From assembly GCA_002633005.1 (NCBI GenBank), contig NMRA01000705.1, forward strand, positions 124,001 through 188,000: a stretch of 64,000 nt of DNA. Reading direction: 5' to 3'. This stretch comes from Phoronis australis (taxonomy: Eukaryota > Animalia > Phoronida). Positions 37,108 to 50,548 of this stretch are shown here, piece after piece. Each line of letters starts with the position of its first letter. Position 1 is the first letter of the stretch. Under the pieces are notes generated by a model that saw only the letters and a list, made by a program, of their open reading frames with translations, ran no database searches and was not told the origin of the DNA. Position numbers and translations under genes: made by a program.

Positions 37108-39458
37108 AAAATACAGTCGGAGACAAAGATTGAACAAATCTACAACAATTAACTTAACGTTCTTCAAAGTGTTAAGTACATTGTATAAAGATATATATCT
37201 GTTCTTGATACTCACTCTGCGGCCACATTTCGTGATTGTTTTCTACCCATTTCCACGTTTAAGCAGACCACATATCATCGGGTTAACTTGGAACAATCAT
37301 TTTTTTGCTTTGCAAAATGTGTGAACACAGTTTTTCTTATAATGAGACTCAACTGAACACATTTAGCGACTAGTTTTTACCCGATTCCAAATTTAAGAGT
37401 CATTCCACGAGAAAGTTAAAAGAAATCAAAAAATCAGTCTATGGGTCATTTTTTAGAGTCAACTACTTTGTGTATGTGGTCGTGGTGTGACTCTGACACA
37501 AAAATCACCAATATTGCACTTATTGACCTGTTAATTTTTTACCTACATGTACATGTACAGGCCTTCAACGGTTCGCGAAGAAAATGACACGTTTGCATAC
37601 CGAAAACAGAAATTTTCCAATATAAAAAACAGGTAGATTTCATGCAATGAGAGAAAACATAACGAGATTAGGAAGTCGGACATGACTACAAAAAATTGAT
37701 ACAAATAAGATGACTGCATCACGTGACAGAGAAAATAAATCCGGAAGCACTGTAGTCACTGTGTTGAAACATGACAGCGTTTTCCCGTTCAGTGACTTTT
37801 CCAGAAGTAGGGGGTTCTGAGCGTGTGATAACATCTAGCTTCTTTGTTAACTGTCAAGCACACTCTTTTGTCTGTTATGACAACAAGCAGGCCAATTATC
37901 TACCAGGCTTATTACAGACCACGTGTGAACACAGTCAAACTCAGTGAGAGTGACAGAATCGGATTGTCGTAACTTCGGTTGCAGTTGGGCGATTTTGGCC
38001 ATTCAAAAACTAAACATGATCACCATTTGACGAAGATTTCAGAAATGCTATTGGTTTATGCTCAAATGTGTTATAACTTAACTTTTATTTTCAACAGCAC
38101 AGCCCAGTCAGGGTAGATACGATCTTGGTTCAGCCTGTATTGCTGAAAATTTTCAAATTGCATTCAAATTACTTACAGTGGCAAAAAGTTGCTAGGATCA
38201 TTTTAGTTTACGTATTAATTTGTACTCGGCTCACTTTGCTAGATGTGAGCCTTAGCTACAATGAAATCCGTGCATTCAATATTTATAATAGATGCCATAT
38301 GCATCTCTCTTATAGGAGTGTGAAAACAAGTGACAAAGTCAGATTTGGGTTGAATCGGTTAAACGATTATCGTCCTGTAAAAGTGACAGAATACAGATTA
38401 AATAACTTTAGTTTGTATATTTTAAGTAATGATGATCAAGTAATAAGGTGAACGTTACCAGGGCACTGCATTAGTTAGCATCTGAGACGGGGCACGGGTT
38501 AGACGTATGAACGGTTTCCACAATGATAATACTGTCACTGGTGTGGCAGCACAGGTTACAATCATTCGAAAACATGCATGTAAATAAAATGAGTTTTAGG
38601 CCAAATTAGAAGTAGAAGTGGAAAACAAAAACGACGTTAGATTGCGGCATGCTCGACGTTTCGATATTAATCAGACAGAAAACATAATATCATAGCAGAA
38701 TATTAGATTAATATCGTAACGTCGTTTTCAAACACGCATCTGCCATTGTTTTCTCGATAGGAACGTTTTGGCCAAATTTCGTGAAATTTCACTAAAGAAA
38801 TTAAGTTACAGAAACTGCCTCCAGGGGTCCAGCAGTAGTTGAATTATATAAAATTGGCGTCGACTCATTTGACCATCATAAAACATTTGCAAAAATTAAG
38901 GAAGCCCCTTTATGAGGTTTACGAGTAAATACAGCTACATACTGCCAGTAGTCAGGCACTATCGGATGTTGCTTAAAAACAAACAAAATTAATTCTTATT
39001 TTTCATTGTCTCAGTCAGACAACTAACAGATGGAGAATATTATCGGCAATTGCCAACTGGCTTCAAGAGCACCTCAAAAATCGCAAAAAATCAAATACAT
39101 TAAATTGGGTAAAATTTACCGAATATTGTTACTCCAGCAGTGAAAGCTAACGAAAACCCCCTTAAAAGATGCAACGACTGCATTCTGATAGAGAGGTTCA
39201 ATGTGTACATGAACATCAAAAAGATTTTTTCCGTTCGTTTAAATCGTTTTAAAACAACTTCACTTACTGAACCTTTTTGAATCAAAAATTGGCTATTTTG
39301 GGCCAAAATATTCATGATGCTCTAACTTAAAAAATAATGGTCCAAAAATCAAATAAACACTTTGAACATTTCTCCCCAGGAAGCTCTGAGTCGGAGACCC
39401 TAGGTTTGACCATTTGCGGTTGCTCACGCGAAATGAGCTGAGCACGCCCCCACTTGAA

Positions 39459-40230
39459 CTTACTTACTTACTTGTAAACATGGTGGTATCTACTACCCAG
39501 CGTAGTCGTCAGCTAAGAGACCATCTTCATCGTGGGTTTTGACCTTGGCCTCGAATCCTCTCTGATGGTAGGTCTCTGAAGGCTGACCAGACTTCCAGCC
39601 GACGCTGGGGTTGCCATTTGTTTTCACGTTGTAACCACAGCCACACGGTTGCTTCCTCCGCTGATCTTACAGTAGACTTGAAAATATCAGCTCGCGCTTT
39701 TGATGAAATACCCAGAAGCTTCGTCATCCGCCACATGCTGCCTGCAATAAACCCTCGACATCCAACTTCTATGGGAATACAGAAGCATTTTCAGCCATTC
39801 GCTGCACATTCCTGCGATAGTTCTCAGGGGCGGATCCAGGATTTTGAGTTACGGGGGGGGGCAGGGCAGCATATTAGCCAGGATTTTGCCCGACAGACAT
39901 TCGCACCTCTGAACTGCCTAATGGAATCTGGGAGAATTTTAGGGGGGGGGACATATCCCCCTTGGCCCGCCTCTAAATCCGCCACTGGTTCTACGTACTT
40001 GAGTAGTTTCCTCTCGTGAGCCTCCAGCACCCTAGTCTCCCACGGCACAGTTAACTCAATCAAAAGCACTACTTTTCTTGCTGTCTGACCACAACACTAT
40101 GTTTGGTCTTAACTGGGTGACTGCAATATGGCTCGCGAATGAACCCCTAATGACCACATCCGTCACAATCTTCCAGTCGGCAGCCATGCCTAGAACGCCT
40201 GAATTGCACCTCTTTGGAGCCCACTTTCAC
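39459..40230 (-). mobile_element. 5'-truncated Hero-like (R2 group, RLE) non-LTR retrotransposon
   Basis: LIELTVPWE....AHERK..KY, PIEVGCRGF, AEEATVWLWLQR..W; ends in (TAAG)n on the minus strand. Confidence 0.85.
39825..39987. mobile_element. hAT5-like MITE inserted in the Hero element
   Basis: CAGGGGCGGAT / ATCCGCCACTG; GTTCT duplicated; removing it restores the RLE frame. Confidence 0.85.
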
Positions 40231-40313
40231 ATGCACAAGAAACCCAAACAGTTAAAGTTTCTTTTATAAATACTCGATTGTTGTTCTCAGTATCATTACA
40301 ACACGTAGATATG

Positions 40314-40460
40314 CATGGGCGGCGCACCATAGGGTCCTGGGGGGCTATGCCCCCCACTTTTCTCAGAGCTAGGTCGCACATGGTCTATAGGCGGTGCATC
40401 ACAAGGGGGCTGAGGGGGCTTTAGCCCCCCTCCACTTTTTTCAGTGCTGCGCCACCCATG
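40314..40460. mobile_element. hAT5-like MITE
   Basis: CATGGGCGGCGCA / TGCGCCACCCATG; ATATG duplicated. Confidence 0.8.
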
Positions 40461-41010
40461 ATATGCCTCTGTGTCTTAACCGAAATGTGTGTTTTTGAAT
40501 ATGGAAGTATAGAAATTACATCTTGGTCCGAAATTTCATTCATTTTCAGGGTCGTGAACCTTCGGAGTGGTGAACCTTTGGAGTATTGCCTTCGGAGTAC
40601 TGGGCTATTCCCATTTCCAACGCTATGAGCCACTTAAGCAACCTTACGAAACATTCTTCAAGTCATTCAAATACTAATGTTTCCGTCTGAGAATGTGGTG
40701 GAGTATAATCATTCACTTTTAAAGCACGCATTATTCGAAAGTTTGGCAGAGGGTAACTCTCAGTAATCCAGAAATAGAGCTTTGGGGATCACAATGCATC
40801 CGTGTTTTGGTCCGGTTTTTGCGAGTAACCGTCATAGTATCCTCATTTCTTGGATTAGATCTACGAATTCCTTCTTATCTCAGAAAAATGGAGCTGCCAA
40901 GATCCATCGTCTTGTAGACAGATTTCCTTTATGTCGGGTTTAGCTGCCTTAGGGCGCTACGGTTAGCTAACTTAGCATCATCACTTGTTGACATTAATCT
41001 TTTGAACTTC

Positions 41011-42295
41011 AAAAGTCTGAATATTCCAGTTGTACACTTCAATATAATTTTCTCTCAGTTCAGAATATTTATCACAGCTAAGAAGAAAATGATACTCGTC
41101 TTTCACAACATTGAGGCAGAAGGAAAACACTCTGTTTGCCCAATATAAATTCTAGTGCCTGCCTACTTCAATCATGAGACTGAAGTTAGAACAACTAAAA
41201 CGTGTCATGGACACAATTTGTGCACGGGGTATACTCAAACTTAAATTTTCCCCATTTGAATTCTTTTTTAATTTGATTACAAAAGTTCGGCTTAGGATTA
41301 CTCTCAACACTCTGTCTCCATCCTTACAAATAGTAATTCCTTATTCGCTGACAAAAATTAGCAGAATAGTATTTTCACACACAACGCCTTGATTTAACTG
41401 AACTTTTTGAAATCCATAATTTGATAATATAAGTCTAATTATGTGGCTCAATTTCGGGAGTGTCGACCATTTTGGTCAAAGTCATGCGAGGAGGCATTTT
41501 GAGAAGTTTGAACCAATACGTGATCACGGCAACATAGTAATTAGTAAATACGCGGCGCGCTCAGTGCAGCATTGTTTCAACATGAATTAGCAACACCCAA
41601 CACACGCTTGCAAAATTTAATTTGCTCTTGTTCTAGCCAGTTGTATTCTTGTAAGCCCCATATTTCGGCTCCATAGCACGAGCTGGGGTAAATCATTTTC
41701 TCAAGTGTATCAAAAGCCACACGCGTTGAAATATGGTTCAGCTTCTTTGTAGATTGTCGACTGTAATGGTTACCTTCGTGGCTTGGGCTGACAGGGTCTG
41801 AGCAGCCATAGTCCACAATAACTTCGGCTTGAACACAGCACCAAGATGCTTAAACACTGTAGCTGGCATGGAAATTATTCAGTTTCCCCCTCCAAAATAC
41901 CACATCTCGCAATTTCTCAAGAGACCTCCGTTTCTAAACACTATAACTTTGGTCTTCACTGATTTTACAGACATTCCCCATAAAACTTACTTAAAGCACA
42001 CGGTAGTTTTGCAGTTTAACTGGAGATTAAATACACAAAGTCACAGCATATAACAAAATTTTCACATCGGAAACATTTTGACTTAGCATAATACCATCGT
42101 CATTACTAGAATGGATACATTCTACAAAGTCATTAAGTTTTTAAAAAATCACCATGAACTCCAACAATAAACTTTCAAAGACAAGTGACTGGGCAGACTC
42201 GACCAGACACGTGTTGTGTAATGAATGGTTCTCATTTGAAAAACTATCCATCCCCTGCACGCTGAATGAAACCTTGGACGAATGCAGTATTGCAA
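41011..42295 (-). mobile_element. Decayed RTE-X-like LINE fragment, copy 1
   Basis: YGAEIWG...LEQEQIKFCKRVLGV and DEYHFLLSC..Y.ELR; many stops and frameshifts. Confidence 0.75.
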
Positions 42296-43230
42296 CAGTG
42301 GCGGATCTAGGATATCACAAGGGGGGGGCCCAACATTTTGTCCGGCTGGAAGCATTNGGGAGGGGGGTTTGCCCCCCTCTCGCCCAGGAAAATTTTCTCT
42401 TTTTACCTCTAAAACTCAAGCATTTTCCTTGATTCCTGAAGTATTATCCAAGAAAAAAAGGCCAAAAAAACACGGATCACGTGTCAAACAGGAAAAAAAA
42501 TGCAAGCGTCAAAGACTCGAACTCACGACCTAGCCAGTTGAGCGCGCGTACGTTACCACTACACCAACACGATTTAACAACAACTTCTATACTAAAAGAC
42601 TTACTTGTTTATGGGCCACAGCGTTTGCGCGCGTAACCTACTTCTTTTTGTAATGCTTATTACACGTTTTATATTTTGTGCCATCACTTCTTAACAAATT
42701 TGTCGTATTTGAAATAGTCTTCAAAGGCCCAAAAGACCAAATCCATTTTTCGTGTTGGCAATAATGACGGGGATTGCTTTGGAAACCGTCTTAAGATAAG
42801 GTTTGACAACGAGAGTATTGCGAGTTTCTGAGTGATTCACTAAGGCTTCGATTAAAATTCACATCTTACCAGCAGCTTCTGTTTTTTCATCGCCACTCAG
42901 GTTCCATTTTCTTTAATAAATGAAGTAAATTTTCTTCAATGCACAGTGGAGCAGACGACGGAAACGGAGTCGTAGTGCACAGCGCCGCTGCCGGTCGCCT
43001 AGGATATCGCGGGAGATTCTATACTTAGCCATAGTTCCGTTACGAACGCGCCGTGTTCCGAATTTGACACTTGAAATTGGATTTGAGCCNAAAAGCTTTT
43101 AGATGTTTTTCGTAAATGTCTGCACTGATTCTACTAGTGTATGCCATTGTATACCCACGTGATCAAGGTTTCATTGAAGCACTTCAATAGTTTCTTTGTT
43201 GGTTTTACCGAGCTCGACACAGTGGGGTGC
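42296..43230. mobile_element. hAT5-like element, right end missing
   Basis: Starts CAGTGGCGGATCTAGGATATCACAAG; first ~520 bp match 50549-51083; right boundary uncertain. Confidence 0.65.
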
Positions 43231-43235
43231 CTTTG

Positions 43236-43409
43236 ATACTTTGAACCTGGTTTTACTGAACCAGCTCCCTGGTTTAGCAAAACCAGGCTTTCAGACTCTT
43301 AAACCATGTTAGTGAAATGCAAGTCAGGTCTAAAATTAGACCAGGTTTAGGAAGACCAGGTTTAAGTCTTAAACCTGGTTTTGTTAAACCACCTTTATGA
43401 AATCGGCTG
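43236..43409. mobile_element. Remnant end of a MITE (possibly PIF/Harbinger-like)
   Basis: Clustered AAACCAGG/CCTGGTTT motifs ending TTTATGAAATCGGCT. Confidence 0.4.
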
Positions 43410-43410
43410 A

Positions 43411-44790
43411 AAAAGTCTGAATATTCCAGTAGTACACTTCAATATAATTTTCTCTCAGTTCAGAATATTTATCACAGCTAAGAAGAAAATGATACTCGTC
43501 TTTCACAACATTGAGGCAGAAGGGAAACACTCTGTTTGCCCAATATAAATTCTAGTGCCTGCCTACTTCAATCATGAGACTGAGGTTAAAACAACTAAAA
43601 CGTGTGATGGATACAATTTGTGCACGGGGTATGCTCAAACTTAAATTTTCCCCATTTGAATTCTTTTTTAATTTGATTACAAAAGTTCGGCTTAGGATTA
43701 CTCTCAACACTCCGTCTCCATCCTTGCAAATAGAAATTCCTTATTCGCTGACAAAAATTAGCAGAATAGTATTTTCACACACAACGCCTTGATTTAACTG
43801 AACTTCTTGAAATCCATAATTTGACAATATAAGTCTAAGTGATGTGGCTCAATTTCGGGAGTGTCGACCATTTTGGTCAAAGTCATGCGAGGAGGCATTT
43901 TGAGAAGTTTGAACCAATACGTGATCACGGCAACATAGTAATTAGTAAATACGCGGCGCGCTCAGTGCAGCATTGTTTCAACATGAATTAGCAACACCCA
44001 ACACACGCTTGCAAAATTTAATTTGCTCTTGTTCTAACCAGTTGTATTCTTGTAAGTCCCATATTTCGGCTCCTTAGCATGAGCTGGGGTAAATCATTTT
44101 CTCAAGTGTATGAAAAGCCACACGCGTTGAAATATGGTCTAGCTTCTTTGTAGATTGTCGACTGTAATGGCTACCTTCGTGGCTTGGGCTGACAGGGTCT
44201 GAGCAGCCATAGTCCACAATAACTTTGGCGTGAACACAGCACCAAGATGCTTGAACACTGTAGCTGGCATGGAAATTACTCAGTTTCCCCCTCCAAAATA
44301 CCACATCTCGCAATTTCTCAAGAGACCTCCGTTTCGGAACACCATAACTTTGGTCTTCACTGATTTTACAGACATTCCCCGTAAAACTTACTTAAAGCAC
44401 ACAGTAGTTTTGCAGTTTAACTGGAGATTAAATACACAAAGCCATATCATCAGCATATAACAAAACTTTCACATCGGAAACATTTTGACTTAGCATAATA
44501 CCATCGTCATTACTAGGATGGATACATTCTACAAAGTCATTAAGTTTTTAAAACATCACCATGAACTCCAACAATAAACTTTCAAAGACAAGTGACTGGG
44601 CAGACTCAATCAGACACGTGTTGTGTAATGAATGGTTCTCATTTGAAAAACTAACCATCCCCTGCACGCTGAATGAAACCTTGGACGAATGCAGTATTGC
44701 AACAAATGCTCAAATTTTACATAATGTTAAACACGATAGTTGTTTTTTTTTTGTAAATTGCATAGAAAATTAATTGTGCCACAGTAACAA
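43411..44790 (-). mobile_element. Decayed RTE-X-like LINE fragment, copy 2 (near-identical duplicate)
   Basis: 43411-44702 aligns base for base with 41011-42295 with scattered substitutions. Confidence 0.8.
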
Positions 44791-45866
44791 TTTGCATGTT
44801 TGACAAGTCTTCACGTGATGTGACCAACATATGACCTGTGTGAAGACATATGAATGCAGTACTTTCAATAATTTGCTTCTCAATATAAATGAGCTTCCCA
44901 GGTTGTACACGTGCATCTGCCGATGTCAATTATGCTTTTAAGACTCGTTTTAACAGCTTAAATAGAAAGCTCACTCATACAGTTGTACAAATTTGCTTTA
45001 CTATTTAGACAGATTTTTAGCAACACTTCACATATCACTTTTGCCTATGGATATTCTCATGCTACGACCGGTAGGGTGCGCGTTAATCACTATGTAAACG
45101 GGCGGGCAGAGCCTGATAGGGGAAAGTAATACGAGTACCTAAATCGAAAGAAATTACTTTGAAAGTTGACGGACAGGAAACAAAAACACCGACCCATCCG
45201 TTTGAGAGACCACGACTTCTAAGGAAAATCTCTGTTCACGAATCAAGACTGACGGACGACCTTCATCTAACTTAGTCGTAGCCCCCATGCGGTTTAGTTT
45301 TTGAAAGTTTCCATTCATATGCAATGCCCTCGAAGATCTCTCCCGTTTCTTCACTGCAGGATGACATGTGGCACGATTTTCTATTGAGAACACTCTTTTG
45401 GTATTCAGTATCTCTAAAAGGCGAGTTTATTGATCTGGATTGTGTAATGACGTGGTTACCTGTTTGTTGCACTTCGTTGACTTGGTGTGCTCGCAGTTCA
45501 TTGGAAAGTGCAATAACCCCTCCCGAGAAGTAATAGAATGACCACTTGACTGTTTCCCTTTGAGTGGGTCGGCCTGCTGTTTCAGAATGCGTCCATTTCC
45601 TTGAAAGCGCGCACTGTGATGAGATGATGTCATTCCCGATACACTAAGGACGATACAGGTGCGTAACTTCGGAATCGTTATTAATTACATTTTTGTCTGG
45701 CTGATTGTTGTTACAGTTCTCCACCTGTGGCAACTGTTTGGTGTACAGGTAGTTGTAATATGTATATGTTTTAAGTGTCGGCAGTATTTTACAGTAGTTG
45801 CACTTTGGGTTGTACTCGTGTATTAGTGTTCGGGTCGCGATGACGCACATTTATTCAAATGGATAT

Positions 45867-46040
45867 TCACTGAGAAGACTATGGCTTTAAGAGAAGAACT
45901 GCTGTCCGTGTAAATACTCTGAATGTATATTTGAATTTATGTATTTATGTATGAGTAGGCAAAGACTACGATGCACAATAAATGATATCAATATTATTAT
46001 TATTGTTGTTGTTGTTGTTATTGTTATTGTTATTATTATT
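45867..46040 (+). mobile_element. Short 5'-truncated retroposon with (TTA/TTG)n tail
   Basis: AAATGGATAT duplicated at 45857-66 and 46041-50; AATAAA before the tail. Confidence 0.75.
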
Positions 46041-46189
46041 AAATGGATATATCTATCCATCTATCAAATGCATTATCATTAGCTTGCACTAGACGTTTAT
46101 TACTTGACTTGCTGATACATTCGGGTTGACTTTAACGCTCTTTCTAATCCCAACTAACAATTGCACTAACCTACTAACTAGGACCCTAA

Positions 46190-46905
46190 CATGTGTCCCG
46201 TTTTATGGACTCCGGGTCCTATCTGTCCCGGGTTTTATGTGTCCCGGTGTTCTGCGTAATAGTTAAGACGCTAAGCGGACGAGTGTGCAAGTTTTAGCTA
46301 CAATCGCCATAATTTAGGCCCACATGACAGTTTTCGTGTGCTTTTCGATTCTGATTTAGGGCACAAGCTCAACAAGTAATAAAGTAACGTGTTATTTTAT
46401 GCATCCTCCTTGCATCAGATTCTGGTCGTTGTCAGAATAAGCTAGGAAGCTGGTTCCTAGGATAAAACAATGGCTCCTGCAACTGATTCTGGAATGCAAG
46501 CTCACTTCTTGAATATGCGCCTTTAGTTTCCGAGATTTCGGCTAGGTCGCAAACGGCGAACTTAGCGGTATGTTAATTTTTTAGGCTGATCGAGCACTGA
46601 CCAGGGACACATAGAGCAGGGTGTGAAAGTAGCCATTGTCCCCCTGCAGAAATTGTCCGGCTTGCGTGTATTTGAATGAAGCATCCAGGTAATCTACTGA
46701 TTAACGTGCCAGTATACCGGCATTCAAATACATGCATATAGGACATTCTCTACAGCGGGATAATCACAGCTACCACAGCAGGACACACAGAACTCTGTCT
46801 GATGCATTGAAAACTGGTCAAACCGAACCCGGGACACGTTCAAATGTAGAATCCTGATATGCACAAAACGGGAAACATACAACCCGGAACACATCAGAAT
46901 GACCA
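46190..46905. mobile_element. MITE-like insertion in array unit 1, left end eroded
   Basis: TGTGTCCCG subrepeats on the left mirrored by CGGGACAC/CGGAACACA on the right; absent from other units. Confidence 0.55.
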
Positions 46906-47673
46906 CCAACATATGGATCTGAACAATGGTTCCCGTGATCGATAACTGCCTTGGTAGATTTTTCAATTAAACTGTCGAGTGTCAACTTAAAAACAATAGT
47001 TGATTTGCCGATTGGCTGTAAATTTCATAACTGCACGTTTTTGTCTATTTACACGCCATACCCGTACATAAACGACAAGCTGCGACCCACGGATAACCAA
47101 GACGGAAGAAAGGTGGAAGACGAAAATTAAGAAGGTAATCTAACAGGGGGTTTATGTAGTCTAACGTTGCTTGCGTGTCATACAGTATTAGTACAAATAA
47201 GGTACAGCTCGATACTCCAAAGGTTCACAACTTCGAACTCTCATAATACCACAAATGAATAAAAAGGCATTATAAGGCCGAAGATTCACAAATCCGACAG
47301 AAAGGAAAACTAGTCAGATCGAAACTAGTCCGAACGTCTATGATACCAGAAACCAGTGATTCAAATTCAACGACTGCCAAGCAACAAAATTTTGGCGGCG
47401 ATAAACCAAAATTTGAGCATGTAAATAACCACAGCAACTCGGTGCATCGCCCATCTTCATGTTTGGATCCCGTTTTGAGAGGCACAGATTCTTCGAAGAA
47501 CTAGTTTCAAGCAGCCGTGAACATATAAATCCCTGAACGTTTTGCTCAAAATCACTGTTCGGAACCTAGTGTCATGAAAGTACAAATTTGTAACCTTCGA
47601 TGGATTTTTTAATTGTGTGGATAAGTCTTCAGATTTATGGATTTTTATACTTGCAAACCTTGCGACCCATAAA

Positions 47674-47925
47674 CATGCGCGCACCAAGGGGGGAGGCTCG
47701 AGGGGCTCGAAGGAGCCCCCCCCATTTGGCGAACTGGGCAAACAGGTCCGCCTGTGAGAGGTAAAAATGGAACAAAAACCCCTAAATAAGCGCAAACGCG
47801 CACTTCGCAGTGGTGCCCCCGTTTTTTTTTTTTTTTTTTTTTAGTCCGTCCGCTCTTTTGTTAGCAAAAGGTCCACAACGTCAGAAATTCGAGCCCCCCC
47901 ATGGTGAAGGCTGGGTGCGCGCATG
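47674..47925. mobile_element. hAT5-like MITE
   Basis: CATGCGCGCACC / GGTGCGCGCATG; ATAAA/ATGAA flanks; absent from other units. Confidence 0.75.
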
Positions 47926-48479
47926 ATGAATACCTTAATTTCATATGAACTCGGTACACATTCTTTCCCACATGTAGTTTTCAATTCTGGTCATAAAAGG
48001 TTGATCATTTCTTATTGTACAATTTTTAGCGACTTGTCCAGTCGTCGAACTTGTGGACTTTGGCTGACGTCGCGGGCAGTTACAATGTACCAAAAGTGCA
48101 GAAGGATTACTAACACGAATGACACCAGGGTGCCGTTCAGCTGTAAATATCCTGACAGTTACCGGTTTTGACTACATGTGTGTACTCATTTGAGCCATTA
48201 AAACTTGACTGATCACTTGTTTTATTTGGAAAACAGAATACGTCTTTATTCAAGTACACGGTTTCACAACTGGTTTCAGGGCACAGTCTCTCAAAAATTG
48301 CGTTGGTAATAGTGGAACTGGGAGATTTTATCAATATAAAATACACTATAGGCTCTCAGTTCGGGTCGCCTGTATTATATTCCTTCTCGGACGTTAACTA
48401 CGTTTAGTCTTAATTGCTGTATTTTATTTGGGCGACTTTGTCATTTGTTAAATAGCTGGGTTTGTTTATCATTAAAAGG

Positions 48480-49365
48480 ATACCAAACTCGGTTTTAGCC
48501 TACTAACACATTACTAAAAACGACTTTCCCCATCCAGTTCTCTGAAACAAAATAAAGCTTTTTAACTCATCGCCAACCCTCAAAAGTCTGGAGGAAATTT
48601 TGAAAACTTCTAACAAATTCTGCTTAATGGGCAAGCGTGACCTACGCTTTTAGCAAGTTGCACAGCAACTTTGGAAAAGGCCACCCATCAAGGACCACAA
48701 CGTGCAATTTATGAGATAGGAAGTTTATGTTTGTTTTTATTAAGTCTTTTAAAATATCGTGACTTCGTAAACTATTCAAGGCACCTCAAATACCATACGT
48801 GACTTTGCAGAGGCAGTTTTTGGTTGTAAAGTTGATTTTTTTTAAATGGGAGACGCTCTCCTAAAAAAATAGCTGAAGGAACCTATAATCTGTTCTGGAA
48901 GGAAGTTTTCAGCGATGTTGTGCTCCTGTTTCAAATGTGTGACAAAAATGAAAATTATTATTTACTCTCCCCTGTGGTATAATTCAAAAATAAAAGTCGG
49001 TAGAAAATCTATTTTCTACATGACCTGGTATGAAAAGGGAGACTATCGTGTGTGTGATTTGTTTAATGCTGTTATACAAAGAACTCTGTAACAGTTATAA
49101 CTTTCAACTTCCAATACTAGAATTTTATGGATTAAGAAGTGCAATCTTTGCAGCGTACAGGGGTCTTAAGAATAGACAAGACAATATCTTTTTACCAAAT
49201 TTTCTAAGTTATGTTTATAAAATTTTCCATAATGAATCACAAGCGGTAAATATTTATGACACCTTAGTACAAACACTTCAGGCAGCTTGTAAATATAAAA
49301 ACAAGTGGTTACTTCAGATAGATATCATAAACGTTGTTATAAATAATGTAAATTTTAGTTACCCT
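48480..49365 (+). mobile_element. Decayed Tx1/L1-like ORF2 C-terminal fragment
   Basis: PLWYNSKIKVGRKSIFY..WYEKG...V.DL and FQLPILEFYGLRSAI resemble the region at 55950-56200. Confidence 0.65.
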
Positions 49366-50548
49366 GATATGGATTTTTGGACTTGCGAACCTTCGGACCA
49401 ATGAATAAGTGATTTCATACCTTCTGCTCACACTCTTTCTTACTTGTACTTTTCAATTCAGATCATAAGGTTTCATTGCTTCCAGTGAGATGACTTTGTT
49501 TGAACATTAGTTTAGGCTTTTAGGGAATTGGCCTAATTTCGTCGAACCACTGGACATTGGCTGACTAATATACCATTGACATGCGGGATCTGACGTCGCG
49601 AGCAGTGAGAGTGTACCAAAGGTGCCGCAGGACCACTCACAGGAATGCCATCAGAGTCAAAAGGTAAATATCCTGGTAGTTAAATGCTTCGACTGTATAT
49701 GTTTTCTGCGAGTCATCAAAACTGCACAGAAGCCTTGTTTGATTTGGAAAAGTGAAATCATTCAGGTATCTATTTTTATTCATGTACACTGTATTTCAGG
49801 GCACAGTCCCTCAAAAACCGTAAAATTTAGCAAAAGACAAAGCCACATTAATGGTAAAACAATGATATCAATAACAAGATCGAATGAATTTAATGTCATG
49901 AACGTGTTCCAGAAGTGACCTCAGAACTCTATTAACATTCTAAAATATGCTCTTCATTTTTGTTTTGTGAACTGTCTTTAAATCACGGTATTTGGAAGTG
50001 TTACATGAATCAGAAAAGATATTTCTGAGATATAAACGTTCAAAGTTAGAGAAATATAGACGTTTGTTCCAGGGTCTTATAGGATCTGAGCAAGCAGGAC
50101 ACTGACTTTGCCACCACTGGCACAGAACAAAAGATGTCGCTGAACCACCAACACAAAATGATACCATAATGAAACTTAAAAAATCCCTCCCTCAGGGTGC
50201 ACGCCATGAGATGCTGTCTTACAAGATAGAGGTGTGTAACTGTCGTTATGACAAAATTTTGGTCTGACTGACACTTGTGACAACTGTGTGGTGTCTTGAT
50301 CATTGTAACAGCTTTAAAGTGATAACGGTATTTTACTTGTACTCTGGGTTGTACTCAAGTTTTAGTGTTTGGTTCGTGATGACGCACATGTACTTTAAAC
50401 GGATACACCTCTCCATCCACCATATCTATTACCATTTACTTTCACTTGTCGTTTGTTACTTGTCTTGCTGGTATGTACATCCGTATTGACGCTAACACTC
50501 TTTCTAATATCGACAAACATTCGCACTAACATACTAACACATACCCTA

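Noticed and set aside
37380-39400. Possible large DNA transposon
   Set aside because: No convincing TIR pair, TSD or coding motif could be fixed by eye.
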